Shown: positions 12,360 to 25,561, counted from the stretch's first letter. The stretch: DNA of 64,000 nucleotides from Selaginella moellendorffii (GCF_000143415.4 NW_003314283.1:1109734-1173733); one strand, 5' to 3'. Notes: generated from the letters alone by a model not told the origin. Translations and numbers: made by a program.

Positions 12360-13213
12360 GACTGCAATAGAGGTGGACTTTGAGGCAGAGTGAACTCGAG
12401 CAGTCGAGGAGGCTTCTTGGGACATACAGCTGCTTTGTGATTAGGATCAGCACAATAGAGGCAAAGATTATGAGATATTCGACGTTGCTTCTCAGCAGGA
12501 CTCAACTTCCCTCTAATGAGTCGGGGAGTACCAGAAATATCCATTGGAACCGGAGCAGTAGGTTCAGGAGTATGCCCCGAAGACTCAAGCTGGGATTCCT
12601 GAGTCTGGGACGGAAAAACAGCGGCGCGGCGACTTTCCTGACGACGTTCAAAGAGACGATTGTCACATCGAACAGCTTTGTTGATGGCATCCGACAAGTC
12701 CTTGGGATCCTCCATGGTGAGCAACAAATCCTTGACACCGTTGTTGAGGCCGAAACGAAATTGGTCAATCAGGGCCCGCTCATCCCACTGAGTGTCCAAA
12801 GCAAGGAGTTGGAACTCTGCAGCGTAGATCGAGGCAGAATGAGACCCCTGAGAGAGACATCTCATCTTTGTGGTAGCAGCCCGAACCCGATCCGTCTCGC
12901 CAAAACATGCTTCGAGCTTCTCTTTGAACAATTGAAGATCCATCAGCTGTGGAACCACGACCCCTTTCATGCTCTTCTCCAGAAGAGGAGAAAACCATGA
13001 CAAAGCTGCACCTTCGAGCAACGTCCCAATCGCGCCGATTTGAGACTCGGGAGTAAGGTACCGCCGATGTTGAAGTGCGAAGATCAACTCCATCTGGTTT
13101 AGGAATCCGCGAAGCTCCGAACTCTTGCCTGAAAATTTCGCCGGGAAACTCACCTTCGGTTCAGGAACTTTGCTGGATCCTTGAGCCGAAAATGAAGCAA
13201 GTTCCTGCTGCAT
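12332..13213 (-). CDS. gag: Gag of C1 (Ty3 capsid plus CCHC zinc knuckle)
   Basis: 293 aa ORF with PEG10/RTL1-like KFSGKSSELRGFLNQMELIF, LSQGSHSASIYAAEF and CLYCADPNHKAAVC. Confidence 0.9.
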   Translation of the reverse strand: MQQELASFSAQGSSKVPEPKVSFPAKFSGKSSELRGFLNQMELIFALQHRRYLTPESQIGAIGTLLEGAALSWFSPLLEKSMKGVVVPQLMDLQLFKEKLEACFGETDRVRAATTKMRCLSQGSHSASIYAAEFQLLALDTQWDERALIDQFRFGLNNGVKDLLLTMEDPKDLSDAINKAVRCDNRLFERRQESRRAAVFPSQTQESQLESSGHTPEPTAPVPMDISGTPRLIRGKLSPAEKQRRISHNLCLYCADPNHKAAVCPKKPPRLLEFTLPQSPPLLQSGNDPVQTE

Positions 13214-16196
13214 GCGAAGAAGGGTCGCCTTCAGCTCAGTATTCTCAGACTAGATTTTTGCAAGGACTTCAGCAAAGAAATCAGGATGGCTTGGAGACTC
13301 CATTGGCAAGAAGAAAGAAAAAAGGGGGAAAAAAAGGCAAAGGTAATCAAACAATCAAAACGAAAATCAAAAAACGAAAAAACACAATCTGAATCAAACT
13401 GTCAAGACCCCCAACAAGATCAAGATTGGAAAATGCAAAAAGACAAAGAAAAAAGCTAGTGGAAACAAAGAAGAGGCCTTAGACTGGCGTTGATTCAGAT
13501 TGTGGAGAAATGGAACAAGGCTAACCTATATATACTATAGGTTGATGAAGCTCCACCACTCTTGGATCGAGGACGGCCTAAATATAGCTGAGGTCGAGGA
13601 GGTGCCACATCATCATCAGGAATGTGGTTCGAGACTCAGGAATCGGGAAGTGTCTCGAGAGTCAGGAATAGGGAAGTGTCTCGAGAGTCAGGAATAGGGA
13701 AGTGTCTTGAGAGTCAGGAATGTGGTCTGCAGGTCAGGAATCCGGCGAGAGTTAGGAATGTGGCAAGAATTGGGGGATTCCTGACAAAGGCCCTCAAAGA
13801 GTACGTGGATGAGAACCTTGCCTTGGGGTACATTCAGCATTTGCAGTCCCCGGCTGGAGCGCCTGTCTTCTTTGTCAAGAAGAAGGATGGGAGTTTGCGG
13901 CTAGTCATTGACTACCGAGGTTTGAACAAGATGATTGTTTGGAACCTTGGAACTTGATCCGGATCCGGCCTGGTGATGAATGGAAGACTGTGTTCTGAAC
14001 CTGCTATGGCCACTTCGAGTACACTGTCATGCCATTTGGCTTGACAAATGCTCCAGCAGTTTTCCAACAGATGGCGAATGACGTCTTTCGGGAGTTTTTT
14101 GATCAGATGGTGATCGTCTACCTCGATGACATCCTCATCTACTCAAAAACTCAAGAGGAGCACAACAAGCATGTGCGCAAGGTGCTGGCAAAGCTGCGGA
14201 AACATGGCCTATATGCGAAGCTTGAGAAATGTTCTTTCGATCAGGAGTCTGTGGAGTTCCTTGGGTACATTGTCACTCCTGAGGGTATCACGATGGATCC
14301 TGCCAAAGTCAAGACTATTCTCGAATGGGAGCCTCCACAATCAATGTCAGACGTTCAGGTTTTCCTTGGCTTCGCCAACTTCTACCGCAAATTCATTGAT
14401 CACTACTCTGACATTGTCCTTCCTTTCACGCATCTCACTCGCAAGGATGTTCCCTTCTCTTAGTCTGCTGCTGCCTAGTAGGCGTTTGACACACTCAAGG
14501 CGGCTTTTAGTTCTGCTCCCATCTTGATCCATGCTGATCCCTCACAACCTTTCTTCATCGGGGCTGATGCCTCCGACTTTGCCATCGGTGTTGTGCTGTC
14601 TCAACTCGGAGCGGATCAAGAACTTCATCCGGTCGCTTTTCATTCTCGGAAATTCCAGCCTGTGGAGATCAATTACGAAATCCACGACAAGGAGCTCCTT
14701 GCCATCGTGGATTCCTTTGGAGAGTGGCGCTGTTTCTTGGAGGGGGCGGGCCATCAAATAACAGTCTGGACGGATCACAAAAATCTCAAGTACTTTGCCA
14801 CTTCCCGAGTTTTGAGCCGTCGTCAAGCAAGGTGGGCACAATTCCTGAGTCAGTTTGACTTTGTTATCAACTACAGACCTGGAAAGTTTCAAGGCCTTCC
14901 TGATGCTCTTTCAAGGCGCTCCTATCTCAATCTCAGGCCTGGTAATCCTGCCTTCGATCAACAGGATCAAGTTATCCTCAGTTTTGATCGATTTCAAGTT
15001 ATGGCAATTTCCCTGGCCCCTCAGGACTCCTCCTTGGTGGATGCGATCAGAAACAATCTTCAATCCGATGACCTCACCAGCAACATTTTCCCCCATCTTT
15101 AGGCTAGACACCCAATGACTCCCAACTGCTAGCGATTTGATGAGTTCAAGTTCTTAGATGGCTCGTTGTACCGTGGGGAGCAGCTTTACATTCCTAAAGC
15201 TGATGCTTGAAGGTTGGTCCTGATGGCATGCCACAATAGCTCGACTGCTAGTCATTTCGGCATTGTGAAAACCTATGAGTTGGTTGCACGGGACTTTTGG
15301 TGGCCTCACATGGACGACTACATCAAAGCTTTTGTTACCTCCTGTGATAGTTGCACCCGGAATAAGGTACTTCACCACCTTCCTTCAGGTTTGCTTTGTT
15401 CCTTCCCAATCCCTTCAGGTCCTTGGGAATCCATCTCCATGGATTTCTTGAGTGATCTTCTGAGTTCTGGAGGCTTCAACAGCATTTTAGTTGTGGTGGA
15501 TTGCTTCACAAAGATGGCGCACTTCCTGCTGTGTACCAAGGAGTTTTCGGGCGAGGACATGGCAAAATTGGTATTTAGGGAAATTTTCTAGCTTCATGGG
15601 ATTCCTGCAAATGTAGTTTTGGATCGGGGACCTCAGTTCATCTCTCATTTCTAGCAATGGTTCTTGCAGCTGCTTGGAGTGAAGGTCAACCTCTCTTCGG
15701 CGTATCATCCTCAAACTGATGGAAAGTCTGAGTGAACAATTCAGACGTTGGAACAATTCCTGAGGTGCTTCATCAACTATCATCAAGATGACTGGTTTGA
15801 TATCCTTCCCCTTACTGAGTTCTCCTATAACAACTCTGTTCACTTCTCTCTTCGAGTTTCCCCCTTCTTTGCAAACTCTGGTTGAAATCCTTGATTCAAT
15901 CTCTCACTTCCTTCTCCATCTGAATCCTCTTGTTCAAATCCCCGCTCTAAGGCATTTGTCTCCAACCTCCAGGAAATCCACAACTCCATCTCCTTCCACC
16001 TCCATCGTGCTCAGGAATCTCACAAAACATTTGCCAATGTCCATTGTCAAAATTGTCCCCCTTACAATATCGAGGATAAAGTTTGGCTCCTTAGGTGAAA
16101 TATCTCCACCACCAAGCCATTTCCCAAACTCAATTTAAAATGCCTCGGTTTTTTCCCTATCATTGCCATCATTAATCCTGTCACTTATCACCTTCC

Positions 16197-16873
16197 TGTA
16201 AGCAACCAAAGGGAACGACTCGAGAGACGATCCATGGGGTTCAAATATAGAGGGAAAGGGCCCATGAACAAGAGTGCACCCCCTTTTCCAATTGGTTAAG
16301 GGTCTTGGGATACTTGGAGTTAAGCGTCCTTGGGGTTGAATAGTACTGGGCTGGGTGACCTCCCGGGAAGTCCAAACTCAGGAGTTTACATTTGGTATCA
16401 AAGCGGTCTCGGGTCCGACTCTGTTGGTTGGCTAAAGGAATCACACCACATGTTGATTGACATCTGGCTGGTCCAGTTTGCTCCTGCTGGGCTCGACCCG
16501 AGGGGTAGGGTGTCAAGAGAGCGGGGCTCTCGGGAGAGCTGCGGCTCTCAGCTTCCGTTCACGAGGGCGTGAACTTGCAGAGAAGCGTGGTGGATTGTAA
16601 GAGAGCGGGGCTCTCGGGAGAGCTGCGGCTCTCAGCTTCCGTTCACGAGGGCGTGAACTTGCAGAGAAGCGTGGTGGATTGTAAGCAACCAAAGGGAACG
16701 ACTCGAGAGACGATCCATGGGGTTCAAATATAGAGGGAAAGGGCCCATGAACAAGAGTGCACCCCCTTTTCCAATTGGTTAAGGGTCTTGGGATACTTGG
16801 AGTTAAGCGTCCTTGGGGTTGAATAGTACTGGGCTGGGTGACCTCCCGGGAAGTCCAAACTCAGGAGCTTACA
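16197..16873 (+). mobile_element. Cassandra-type TRIM with 5S rRNA-derived sequence in both LTRs
   Basis: 194-bp LTRs at 16197-16390 and 16680-16873 differ at one base. TSD CTTCC. PBS TGGTATCAAAGC at 16393-16404. No ORF. 5S-like AGTTAAGCGTCCTTGGG...AGTACTGGGCTGGGTGACCTCCCGGGAAGTCC at 16318-16373 and 16801-16856. Confidence 0.92.
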
Positions 16874-17638
16874 CTTCCACTTCCCTCCTCATATCAAATT
16901 CATCCCATTTTTCACTCCTCTCTCCTTGAGCTTTATATTCCCAGTCCTATTCCAAATCAGGTCATTCCTCTACCTCCACCAGTGCAGCTTGAGGATGGGT
17001 CTGAGTACAAGGTTTAGGACATCCTTGATTCCAAGATCTCACGGTCTAAACTCTACTATCTAGTCGACTGGAAGGGTTATAGACCTAAGGAACGCACTTG
17101 GGAATCTGTGGACAACCTGATTCATTCTCCTGACCTTGTTCAGGACTTCCACCGCCGTTATCCTTCTCGTCGCAATCCTCATTCTTTTTCTCCATCTTCT
17201 GTCCCTCGCCGCCCATCTCATCCTCCTCTTCGTTCTTATTCACGTCCTCGTTCCATTTGTTCTTGAGGAGGGGGTGCTGTCAGGAATCCCCCAATTCTTG
17301 CCACATTTCTGACTCTCGCTGGATTCCTGACTTGCAAACCACATTCCTGACTCTCGAGACACTTCCCTATTCCTCACCCTTTGATTTCCAGTACGATTCC
17401 TGAGTTTCGAGCCACATTCCTAATGATGATGGGGCACCTCCTCGACCTCAGCTATATTTAATTCGTCCTCGATTCAAGAGTGGTGGAGCTTCATCAACCT
17501 ATAGTATATATAAGTTAGCCTTGTTCCATTTCTCCACAATCTGAATCAATGCCAGTCTAAGGCCTCTTTTTCGTTTCCACTAGCATTTCTCTTTGTCTTT
17601 TGTATTTTCTAGTCTTGATCTTGTTGGGGGTCTTGACA

Positions 17639-18838
17639 CATACTAAGTAACTCAAGTTGCTCAAATAAGAGTCAACTACATCCTATTAATGTCTCAAACC
17701 CAAGAAACCAATTTAGAGTAACCACAAAGTACATGTGGTAATATGAAAAAGTATATACTATCAAAGAGAACAACTAACTATCATAAAAAATTATTAATCA
17801 TCCTATTAATAAAGATATACATAATTACCATTGAAGAAACAATCCACAATCTCGAAGAATGGCAAATCCTTCAACATCAATCATAATCAAGCAAAACTTT
17901 TTGACATGGATAATCAACTATCTTAAATGATAGTTAATCATCACCAATGATTGCTAAATGAAAATACCAACTTCAATATCGAAACTAATGAATCAAAATG
18001 CCTTCCTTAACATCTTTTAAACATGGAGTGAAGGAGTGAAGGTATTAGAGCATGGAGCGACCCTCAAGCATACAGCTTAAGGAGCAAAGGGACAGGAGCA
18101 TAGAGCAACTTAGAATAATCTTAGAACATATAACATCTAATGCCAAGATTAACATGCAAAATGGAGCTAAATGAAGTTTGGTGCTATTTAAGGATATTGG
18201 TGGTTTAACACGAGGATATGAGTACTCCACCAACTAGCATAGTGTGGAATTTGGGTTTAAACTCAAGTCAAACACAGAACAAAAGCAAACACACAAGCAA
18301 AAGCTAAATTATGCCTCAGGTTGGTAGGCCATGCTTAACCTACCCATTATCCTTAGTATACATTTGGAACCCCCCACCTCCTTAAGAAATGCATGTTTTG
18401 GGTTTTCACCCTTAGTCACCCTTAGTACCAGCAGTTAATCTTTAGGACTAACAAATTTAAACATTTTCCATAAATAGCAATTAAGATTGAACAGAATTAC
18501 ACAAGGTACATGATAGCAAGGGTGTTTGGCAAACACGATAAGCTATCATTTTGCAAATATTAAGGGACCAAATTCAATATTAAAGAGGTTCCTAACACTA
18601 GTAAGTGCAAGTCAACAAATGAATTTCTCTAACCAATTTAACTAATAGCACTTAGGAATTTTGTCTTTATGCTCTTTTGGTCAAGTGTACATGCAAAAAC
18701 TAGTTTTTCAACTAGCTTAGGTGGAGATTGAAAAAGGGTTTAACAATACTGACCTCTTGCCGTCATGGCAGTAAAGAAAAAATATCCGAAAGGACTAACC
18801 AATAGGTAACTTTTGATACTTGCAGTCATATTTGCAAT
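17639..18838 (-). mobile_element. Old, internally deleted family A copy (A2), host of C2
   Basis: 17641-18020 is the reverse complement of A1 interior ~5400-5790. 18025-18838 is the reverse complement of the A LTR, including GAGTACTCCACCAACTAGC. Heavy C>T/G>A decay. Confidence 0.75.
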
Positions 18839-19404
18839 ATGCAATCATATCAAATATAACTTCAAGGTATATCCCCTTTATTTTATACTTCTTATTTATT
18901 CCATTCCTTTCACTTTGTTCCATTTATTATTTTGTTTCTTTTTATACTTTTATCACTTTTGTCTCCTTATTATTTCCTACCATATTTCCTTCTAATTCTT
19001 CTATTCCTCCCTAGATCCCTTAACTAGTCTTTGTGTCATGGCAATTGACTAGATTACGTAGAAGTATATTGATCTCTTCGACTTTGAAATATCATCTAGT
19101 GCCAAGATTGCACTATATTAATCTATTCTAATTGGAGATGCTCATTCAATCAAGATTCATCCATCACCAAAGAAGATCAAGATATTATAAGCAAATATTT
19201 AGGAGATGTTAAAGAAATGTGTTATTCAAAAATCTCAAAGTCCTTGAATGTGTGAACTTCATTTTGTGACGAAGATGGATAGGAGTATCTAATTCTATAT
19301 CAAATATTGTCTATTAAATGTTATAACTATCCCAAATGTGTACACTCTTCCTTATACTATTGATCATTTAGATTATTTAAAGAGAAGTTTTTAATTCATC
19401 AAGT

Positions 19405-20000
19405 TGGTGTATACAAAAAAAAAAAAACTTAAAATAGAGTTCAAATATAGAAGGATATAAGAATGCACCCTCTTTTTTAATTGATTAATGATTTTAGGAT
19501 TTTTGTAACCAACTGTAAATTGTAAATTGTAACCAACTAAAAAGAATGACTTGAGAGACAATCCATTATGGTTCAAATAACCTATAAATAACAGTGCATC
19601 CTTTTTTCCAATGGTCTTGAGATATTTAAAGTTAAACATCCTTGAATTTAAGTAGTTGATCAAAGTTACTAGGCCTCTAATTTCAAAATCCTCCAATCAT
19701 CACCATCAAGATTGTTAGACATATGTCTAAAAGACTATATTGAGCTAGGTGACTTTTTAAGAAAATTAATAACATCTTTAGGATGGGTATTAGGATGGAT
19801 GACCTCAAAAGCTTACATTTTATAGTAAATAGGTCTAGATCCAACTCTATTAGTTAACTAGGGAATCAAGCCATATATTGAAATTAATATCTAGTGGTCT
19901 AGTTTAGTCAAATAGGGTCTCAAATCCATGTCTAGTGGATGATAAGCTATCATATAACATTATTAAGGGATTAAACTCAATATTGTGGGGATTTTTTATA
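19405..20000 (+). mobile_element. Degenerate Cassandra-type TRIM fragments
   Basis: TGTAACCAACTAAAAAGAATGACTTGAGAGACAATCCAT at 19528 aligns to the LTR start. A decayed 5S box and internal-domain remnants follow. Confidence 0.6.
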
Positions 20001-22696
20001 CAACTTCTGTAAGCCAATAGCATAAGTTTCTCAAACCAGGTTAAATATGCTCAATTAAAAGCACATAAGAATTCCTCCTTTATATTTATCCAATTTAAGT
20101 ACACATGAACTAACTAATTTCTCAAGTACCTCAATTGGGAACTATAAAAAGAACTAACTATACCGAGCTTTTGCCATTATGGTAGTAAGGAGAGAGTATC
20201 CATATGGACTACCCTACAAGTATTTTTCATTACTTGAAATCACATTGGTAATAAAGCTTTAATGTCAACATTTTATTAGTGCTACTGTGGTGGAAAGTGT
20301 TGATATTTAAATTATTCTGGGAAACAAGGAATTACAAGAGTAATGAAAAAGCCTTGTGTGAATAAGTTAGTAACCTTTTTTTATTAAAGGGTTCAATTGG
20401 CATCAATTCATCATAATAAGATATCCTTTGTTATTCTTTTCATATTAGTCAATAAGGGTTATTACTCAATTTATGAAGATCTATTCCAGAGCAAACAAAA
20501 ATAGAGTTATATTTTCACGTTTATTTCCTGCATAGATCCTTGGACCAATTGGAGATTTCTTTGTCACTAAAATAGCGAATGAAAGAGGTGTCAATGAGTA
20601 GCTTTTCCTTGTGAGTTTTCAACAGTTAGATGTGTATGTCAATGCCTCTGCTCCAATTGATCAATCTCGACTCTTGAGATGGAGTTGGAAATAGTGCTAC
20701 AAATGAAGGTAAACAAATAACAGCCTGGAGAAGATAAAAGTAAGCTAATATGTATACCATAGACAAGGAACCTCCACAAAGATTTGGAGTACAAACCTCA
20801 CATATAAAGGAGAGTGCAACTTGGCCCAGTGCATTGTGCTAAGCATGCAAAGGTGGTCATCACACACCAAGAACATTCTTCATAGTTTAAAGTTTAGAGG
20901 GCTAAGTATTAACTAGCCTAATCCTGTTATTTTAATGCTCAAGTAAATAGACTTTCCTACAAGTAGATGTGCACCTTTATTTGCCAATTCATCTGCAACT
21001 TAATTTCTAGTGATGTCATAGTGCCTTTTGACATTACAAAAATAAATTGGAACAAGCAATATCCTAGCAACCCATTGGATAATGTCTATATTTGGATGGC
21101 AATCTAGTGCTTTTATGTATTATATATAAATCTCCACTAGTGTCAAGAAATCATAATTTTCCATATATACAAATATTGGCTCCTACACATCCCATTGCCA
21201 TTCCATCTCTAAAAAAATGTCAAGAGTTCACAACAAGAGATTAAATATGATGGTAGATCTTGTATCTAAATTGTTGTTTGATCTTCTCCTACAAGTAAGT
21301 TAGATAAAAACTCTTAAAATAAATACTCCATAACCTCCAAAAGCTTTACACTTGAATAATCCATTAATGAAAATTTGCAATTTATGGTTATTCACTACCA
21401 TTTATAACATATGCACAATCATGTTCACCTTAAACATTTCACTTCCTTGTCTTTAATATTTTTCTATTTTGGAAAGTATACATAACTCAAAAGGTAATGA
21501 TATTTTATATAAGCTATGAAAATTGTTCTTTCTTTTTTAATTTGGAAATTCCAAGTGTTTGAGAACAAAGATGATGCATGAACTGAAACTAACAATGGCC
21601 AACACTAAAATAACAACTCTAGAAACCTACCAATACAATTTAAAATTTTCATCTTTTCATCAAGCTTTTCATCTAGATCAAGCTTACAATCATGAAAGTT
21701 GATCATGCCATCATTTGTTATTTAGAATTTGAAAAGCTAAAAGGAAAAAGCTTTGGGAACATCCTACTTAACCATTGGGACTTTTTAGTATTTAACAATA
21801 AAATTCAACAGTAAAAAACAACCTTCTTAAAGTGTTGTTGAATAAAAGATCCCAAAATCATGATCAAAACAATAAAGAGTTGGGTTGGATATATTTAGAG
21901 CCCACTATATCCAAGATTGAGTTTGAGACCAAATTTAGGATCAAATCTGAGTTAAATTCAGATATAATACAAGTTGTGTTGAAAGCCTAAAACACTCATC
22001 TTTTAAAGTAAAGGTTTCAAAAGTAAAGTAAGAAGAATAAAGCTAAAAACTCAGTCTTGAAAGAATTCTTTAGAGATGCTTTAAAACTATATTAGGGTTG
22101 AAACTAGGGATAAGAACCTTGGGTGGGAGTAATTATTGATTTGAAAGGTATTAGGGGGGAACCTCAAGTGTTTAATAATAACTTCCACTTTCGGAAGAAA
22201 AACCAACTATAATGTTTATGGCTCAGATGGAATAGTGTCTCACTTGAATAGATGAGGCTTATTGGTCCTCACCCTTTTCTAAAAGGCTTGGGACCTCCTT
22301 TTTGGAGTAACTTTTATTTGGTTTTACTTAGCTTTAGCTATTCATTATATGAGCAATAGAGTGTTAGCCACTTCTTCATAAATTTCCAAACTCTCTCTCT
22401 TAATCCCTTTCCCCAAGATAGATTGGATTAAGGTTCAGTTATATTCTCCATAAACACAAGTAGCCACATACATTAAGTTTTCAGGTTCTAAACATCTTTT
22501 GTACAACAAGATTTGTAAATCCAAAACCTTAAGTGCATCTTTTAGTTCAAAACCTTAAAGGGAAACATCATGGCCTAATAACTCGATATAGGTACCTTAA
22601 CCCCCTAGCTCCATAAGAAAAATTAACTATAGCAAAGTCAAAACTGGTTGGATATGTGAGGTAAGTTGACAAATTAGTAAAGAAAAAATGTAGGGT

Positions 22697-24795
22697 TTAT
22701 GGAGCGTCGGTCCTTTTTGTTATGAAAAAGGATGGAACCATGAAGATGTGTATTGACTATCGGGACACTCAACAAGATCACAGTTAAAAACAATTATCCT
22801 TTGCCTCGCATTGATGACTTGTTTGACCAACTTTTAAAGGCTAAGTATTTTACGCAACTTGATTTGTGGTCCGGGTATCATAAGATACGGGTGGCAGATC
22901 AGGATGTGGAGAAAACAGCCTTTAAGACTTGGTATAGATCTTATGAGTTCCTTGTCATGCCGTTCGGGTTATGCAATGCTCTGGCAACGTTCAACACTAT
23001 GATGGATAGAATATTTGGAGATTATTTGGACACATTTGTTGTCCTATACATTGACGATGTTCTAGTCTTTAGCGAAATGTTAGAGGATCATTTGAAACAC
23101 TTGGAGCTGGTGGTTCAGAAGTTGCGTGAACACAAACTGTATACTAAGGAAAGTAAATGCGCTTTTGGACAATTGCGTGTAAACTTTCTCGGACATATAG
23201 TTGGTGGTGGCGTGATTGAGGTCGATCCAAAGAAGGTGGAAGCAATGAAGTCCTGGGAAGTTCTGACCACTGTATCAGATGTTCGTTCCTTTCTTGGTTT
23301 GGTGGGATACTATCGCAAGTTTGTCCGCAATTTTGCAAGAATTGCTCTTCCGTTAACTGAGTTGACGAAGAGTAGTATTCCGTTTCACTAGACACCATCT
23401 TGTCAACATGCTTTTGTACGGTTGAAGGAGATCTTAACTACGGTTCCTGTTCTCAGGATCCCGGATCTTGATAAACCCTTCGAAGTGCATTGTGATGCAT
23501 CTGGTTATACTATTGATGCCGTTGGAACACTAGAGACACTACTTAGGTGGACATACCAAGGTTTATACGGATAGTAACACACTAAGCTACTTTGCTACGC
23601 AGCCTAAGCTTATGCCGAAGCAGGCTCATTGGCAAGAGAAGCTTGCTATATATGATATTAAAATCATATATAAACATGGTAAAGACAATATTGTTCCAGA
23701 TGCGTTGAGTCATCAAATTCAATTCCGGGCAATATCGGCAATCAGTTTAGACTGGTTGGAGGACGTTCGGGCTTCGTATGGAAGTGATCCATTGGCGAAG
23801 GCAATCTTATGCTGTGCGGGGTTGTTGAGGCAAAGCCCTAGTAGCGAAGCAGCAAAAGTTGCTAGTCGCACTAATGCGAAGCTTCACTCCTTAGTTCAGG
23901 ATGGGCTTATATTCTATAAGCAAGAAAGATTGTATCTTCCCTGCAACAGTTGTTTCTATGGGAACATCATGATGTTCCGGCAGTGGGACATGGGGGGAAG
24001 CGAAAGACTCTGGCTTCATTGAAAAAGGGATTTTTCTGGTCTAGTATGGAAGGTGATGTAGCGGATTATGTCCGTTCTTGCCCTATATACCAGCAATGTA
24101 AGCGCAGAGCTGAGAAGCAGGCTGGAAAGTTGCAGTGCATTCTAGTACCGGCATGGCCATTTCAAAGTGTGGCACTTGATTTCATCACTTGCTTGCCAAA
24201 GTCTAAGGGTTATAATACTTTGATGGTGGTTGTGGATCGGTTGTCAAAGATTGCACACTTCATTCCAACTGTGGGAACAGTAAATGTGAAACAAGCAGCA
24301 AAGCTCTTTTTCCATGAAGTAGTGTGGGTTCGTGGTCTTCTTGAAGAGATGATCTCGGATAGAAATATGAGGTTTACGGGGAAGTTTTGGGGCACACTGT
24401 TCCAGTTGTTTGGTACCAAGTTGAAGTTTAGTATGGCTTATCATCCTCAAACTAATGGGCAGACTGAATGCGTGAATGCTCAAGTTGAGGATTATCTGCA
24501 GTACTATGTCGCGGCGGACCAACGCGACTGGGTTGAGCATTTGGATACAGCAGAAATCTGTTATAACAACACATTTCACAGCACTATTGGCTGTTCTCCA
24601 TGGGAGATGTTGCAAGGAAATGCTCGCAAAGTGCCTCAACAAATTATTGTACCAAAATCAATGTCTGAAGTGTTGGTCCCAGCTGTTGAGACTTATGCGG
24701 AGCAACTACGCCAAGGTTGGTCTAGAGCTACTGAGGCAATGGGCAAAGCTTAGGATAGGTATTGACGTGACAAGGATCAGCATCGTCAGGATGTA
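22697..24795 (+). pseudogene. Truncated Ty3/gypsy pol fragment (RT-RH-INT) of a further family; no LTRs visible
   Basis: Motifs KKDGTMKMCIDYR, YPLPRIDDL, LYIDD, HCDASG, HDVPAVGHGG and AYHPQTNGQTE, with frameshifts and stops. Confidence 0.85.
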
Positions 24796-24857
24796 TGGTC
24801 CATAATGGCATCTGTGAGGCTGCAATACAAGATGTAATGTAATATTAGAAGCCATAG

Positions 24858-25560
24858 GAACTCAGGAGGAATAGTATGAAAAAGAAATAGTTAATATTCA
24901 CTTTTAAAAGCCATGAAGAGCTGCTAGCCTTTCGTGAGTGTCAATGTTTATAGTTTGCTTGCAAGAATCAGAAAACTCTTAGTTTTCACTCGATAAAGAA
25001 GTTGCAAACAGTGGCTGGATAAAACTGTTTTCCCGACGAGCGAAGCTCGTGAGTGATCTTGACATCCATGAGCCGGTGATTGTCTTTGGAGTGAGTGATT
25101 TCGATCGAGCCTTGGATAACATCACTGTCTTCGATTACCACTGGAGGCTGGAGAAGGAAGATCAAAGAGACGCTTTGAAGCATCTGTTGTCTCCAGTGTG
25201 TTGTGTCAGTGTCACTTGGACTGTACAAACACTATCTTACTTATCCAGTTGTTGTCAACTCGACTTCCTTGTCCACTGGATTCGACGAGTTTCCCTGGAA
25301 AGACACACTAATAGAGTTAGTGAAGAGAAAAAGAGAGAGCTGGAGAGATTTTCTGATCCGCAAGAACCAAAAGTAGCCGGCAAATCCACAGAGCCTAAAG
25401 AGTGAATGTGAATCGCGACTTAACAGCATTGGAGCAACTGATCTCTTTCACAACAACAGGCTCGGATATAAGTTTGACCATCAGGAATGCTGCCGTACCT
25501 GGATTGTACAGCAATGCTATCAAACAAGTCTTTGGCCTCGTTCATAAGTCCAGCTTTACC
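24858..25560 (-). pseudogene. PPR::PRMT10 chimeric pseudogene, distal half (PPR end plus PRMT10 exons 5-7 and 3'UTR)
   Basis: Reverse complement of 42385-43080 with introns retained (QPPVVIEDSDVIQGSIEITHSKDNHRLMDVK). It is preceded by PPR-like GKAGLMNEAKDLFDS. Confidence 0.85.
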
Positions 25561-25561
25561 A

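Larger units (their letters stand above)
8204..13786 (-). mobile_element. Near-complete chromovirus Ty3/gypsy retrotransposon (Tf2/sushi/Tcn1-like), family C copy C1
   Basis: LTRs 8204-8591 and 13400-13786. TSD AAGGC at 8199-8203 and 13787-13791. PPT next to 8591. Domain order gag-PR-RT-RH-INT-chromodomain. Confidence 0.95.
7922..17638 (+). mobile_element. Decayed chromovirus Ty3/gypsy element, family C copy C2 (pol, chromodomain and 3' LTR); interrupted by C1 and the Cassandra-type TRIM
   Basis: RT (YLDD), RNase H, integrase and chromodomain homology with stops at 7922-8203, 13787-16196 and 16874-17277. PPT GAGGAGGGGG. 3' LTR 17278-17638 (TGTCAGG...TTGACA). Its 5' half lies beyond A1. Confidence 0.9.

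Noticed and set aside
16318-16373. 5S rRNA gene
   Set aside because: Only the 56-nt internal control region is present, embedded in LTRs.
24986-25228. Second functional PRMT gene or retrocopy
   Set aside because: It has only 3' exons, with deletions, a damaged splice site and retained introns.
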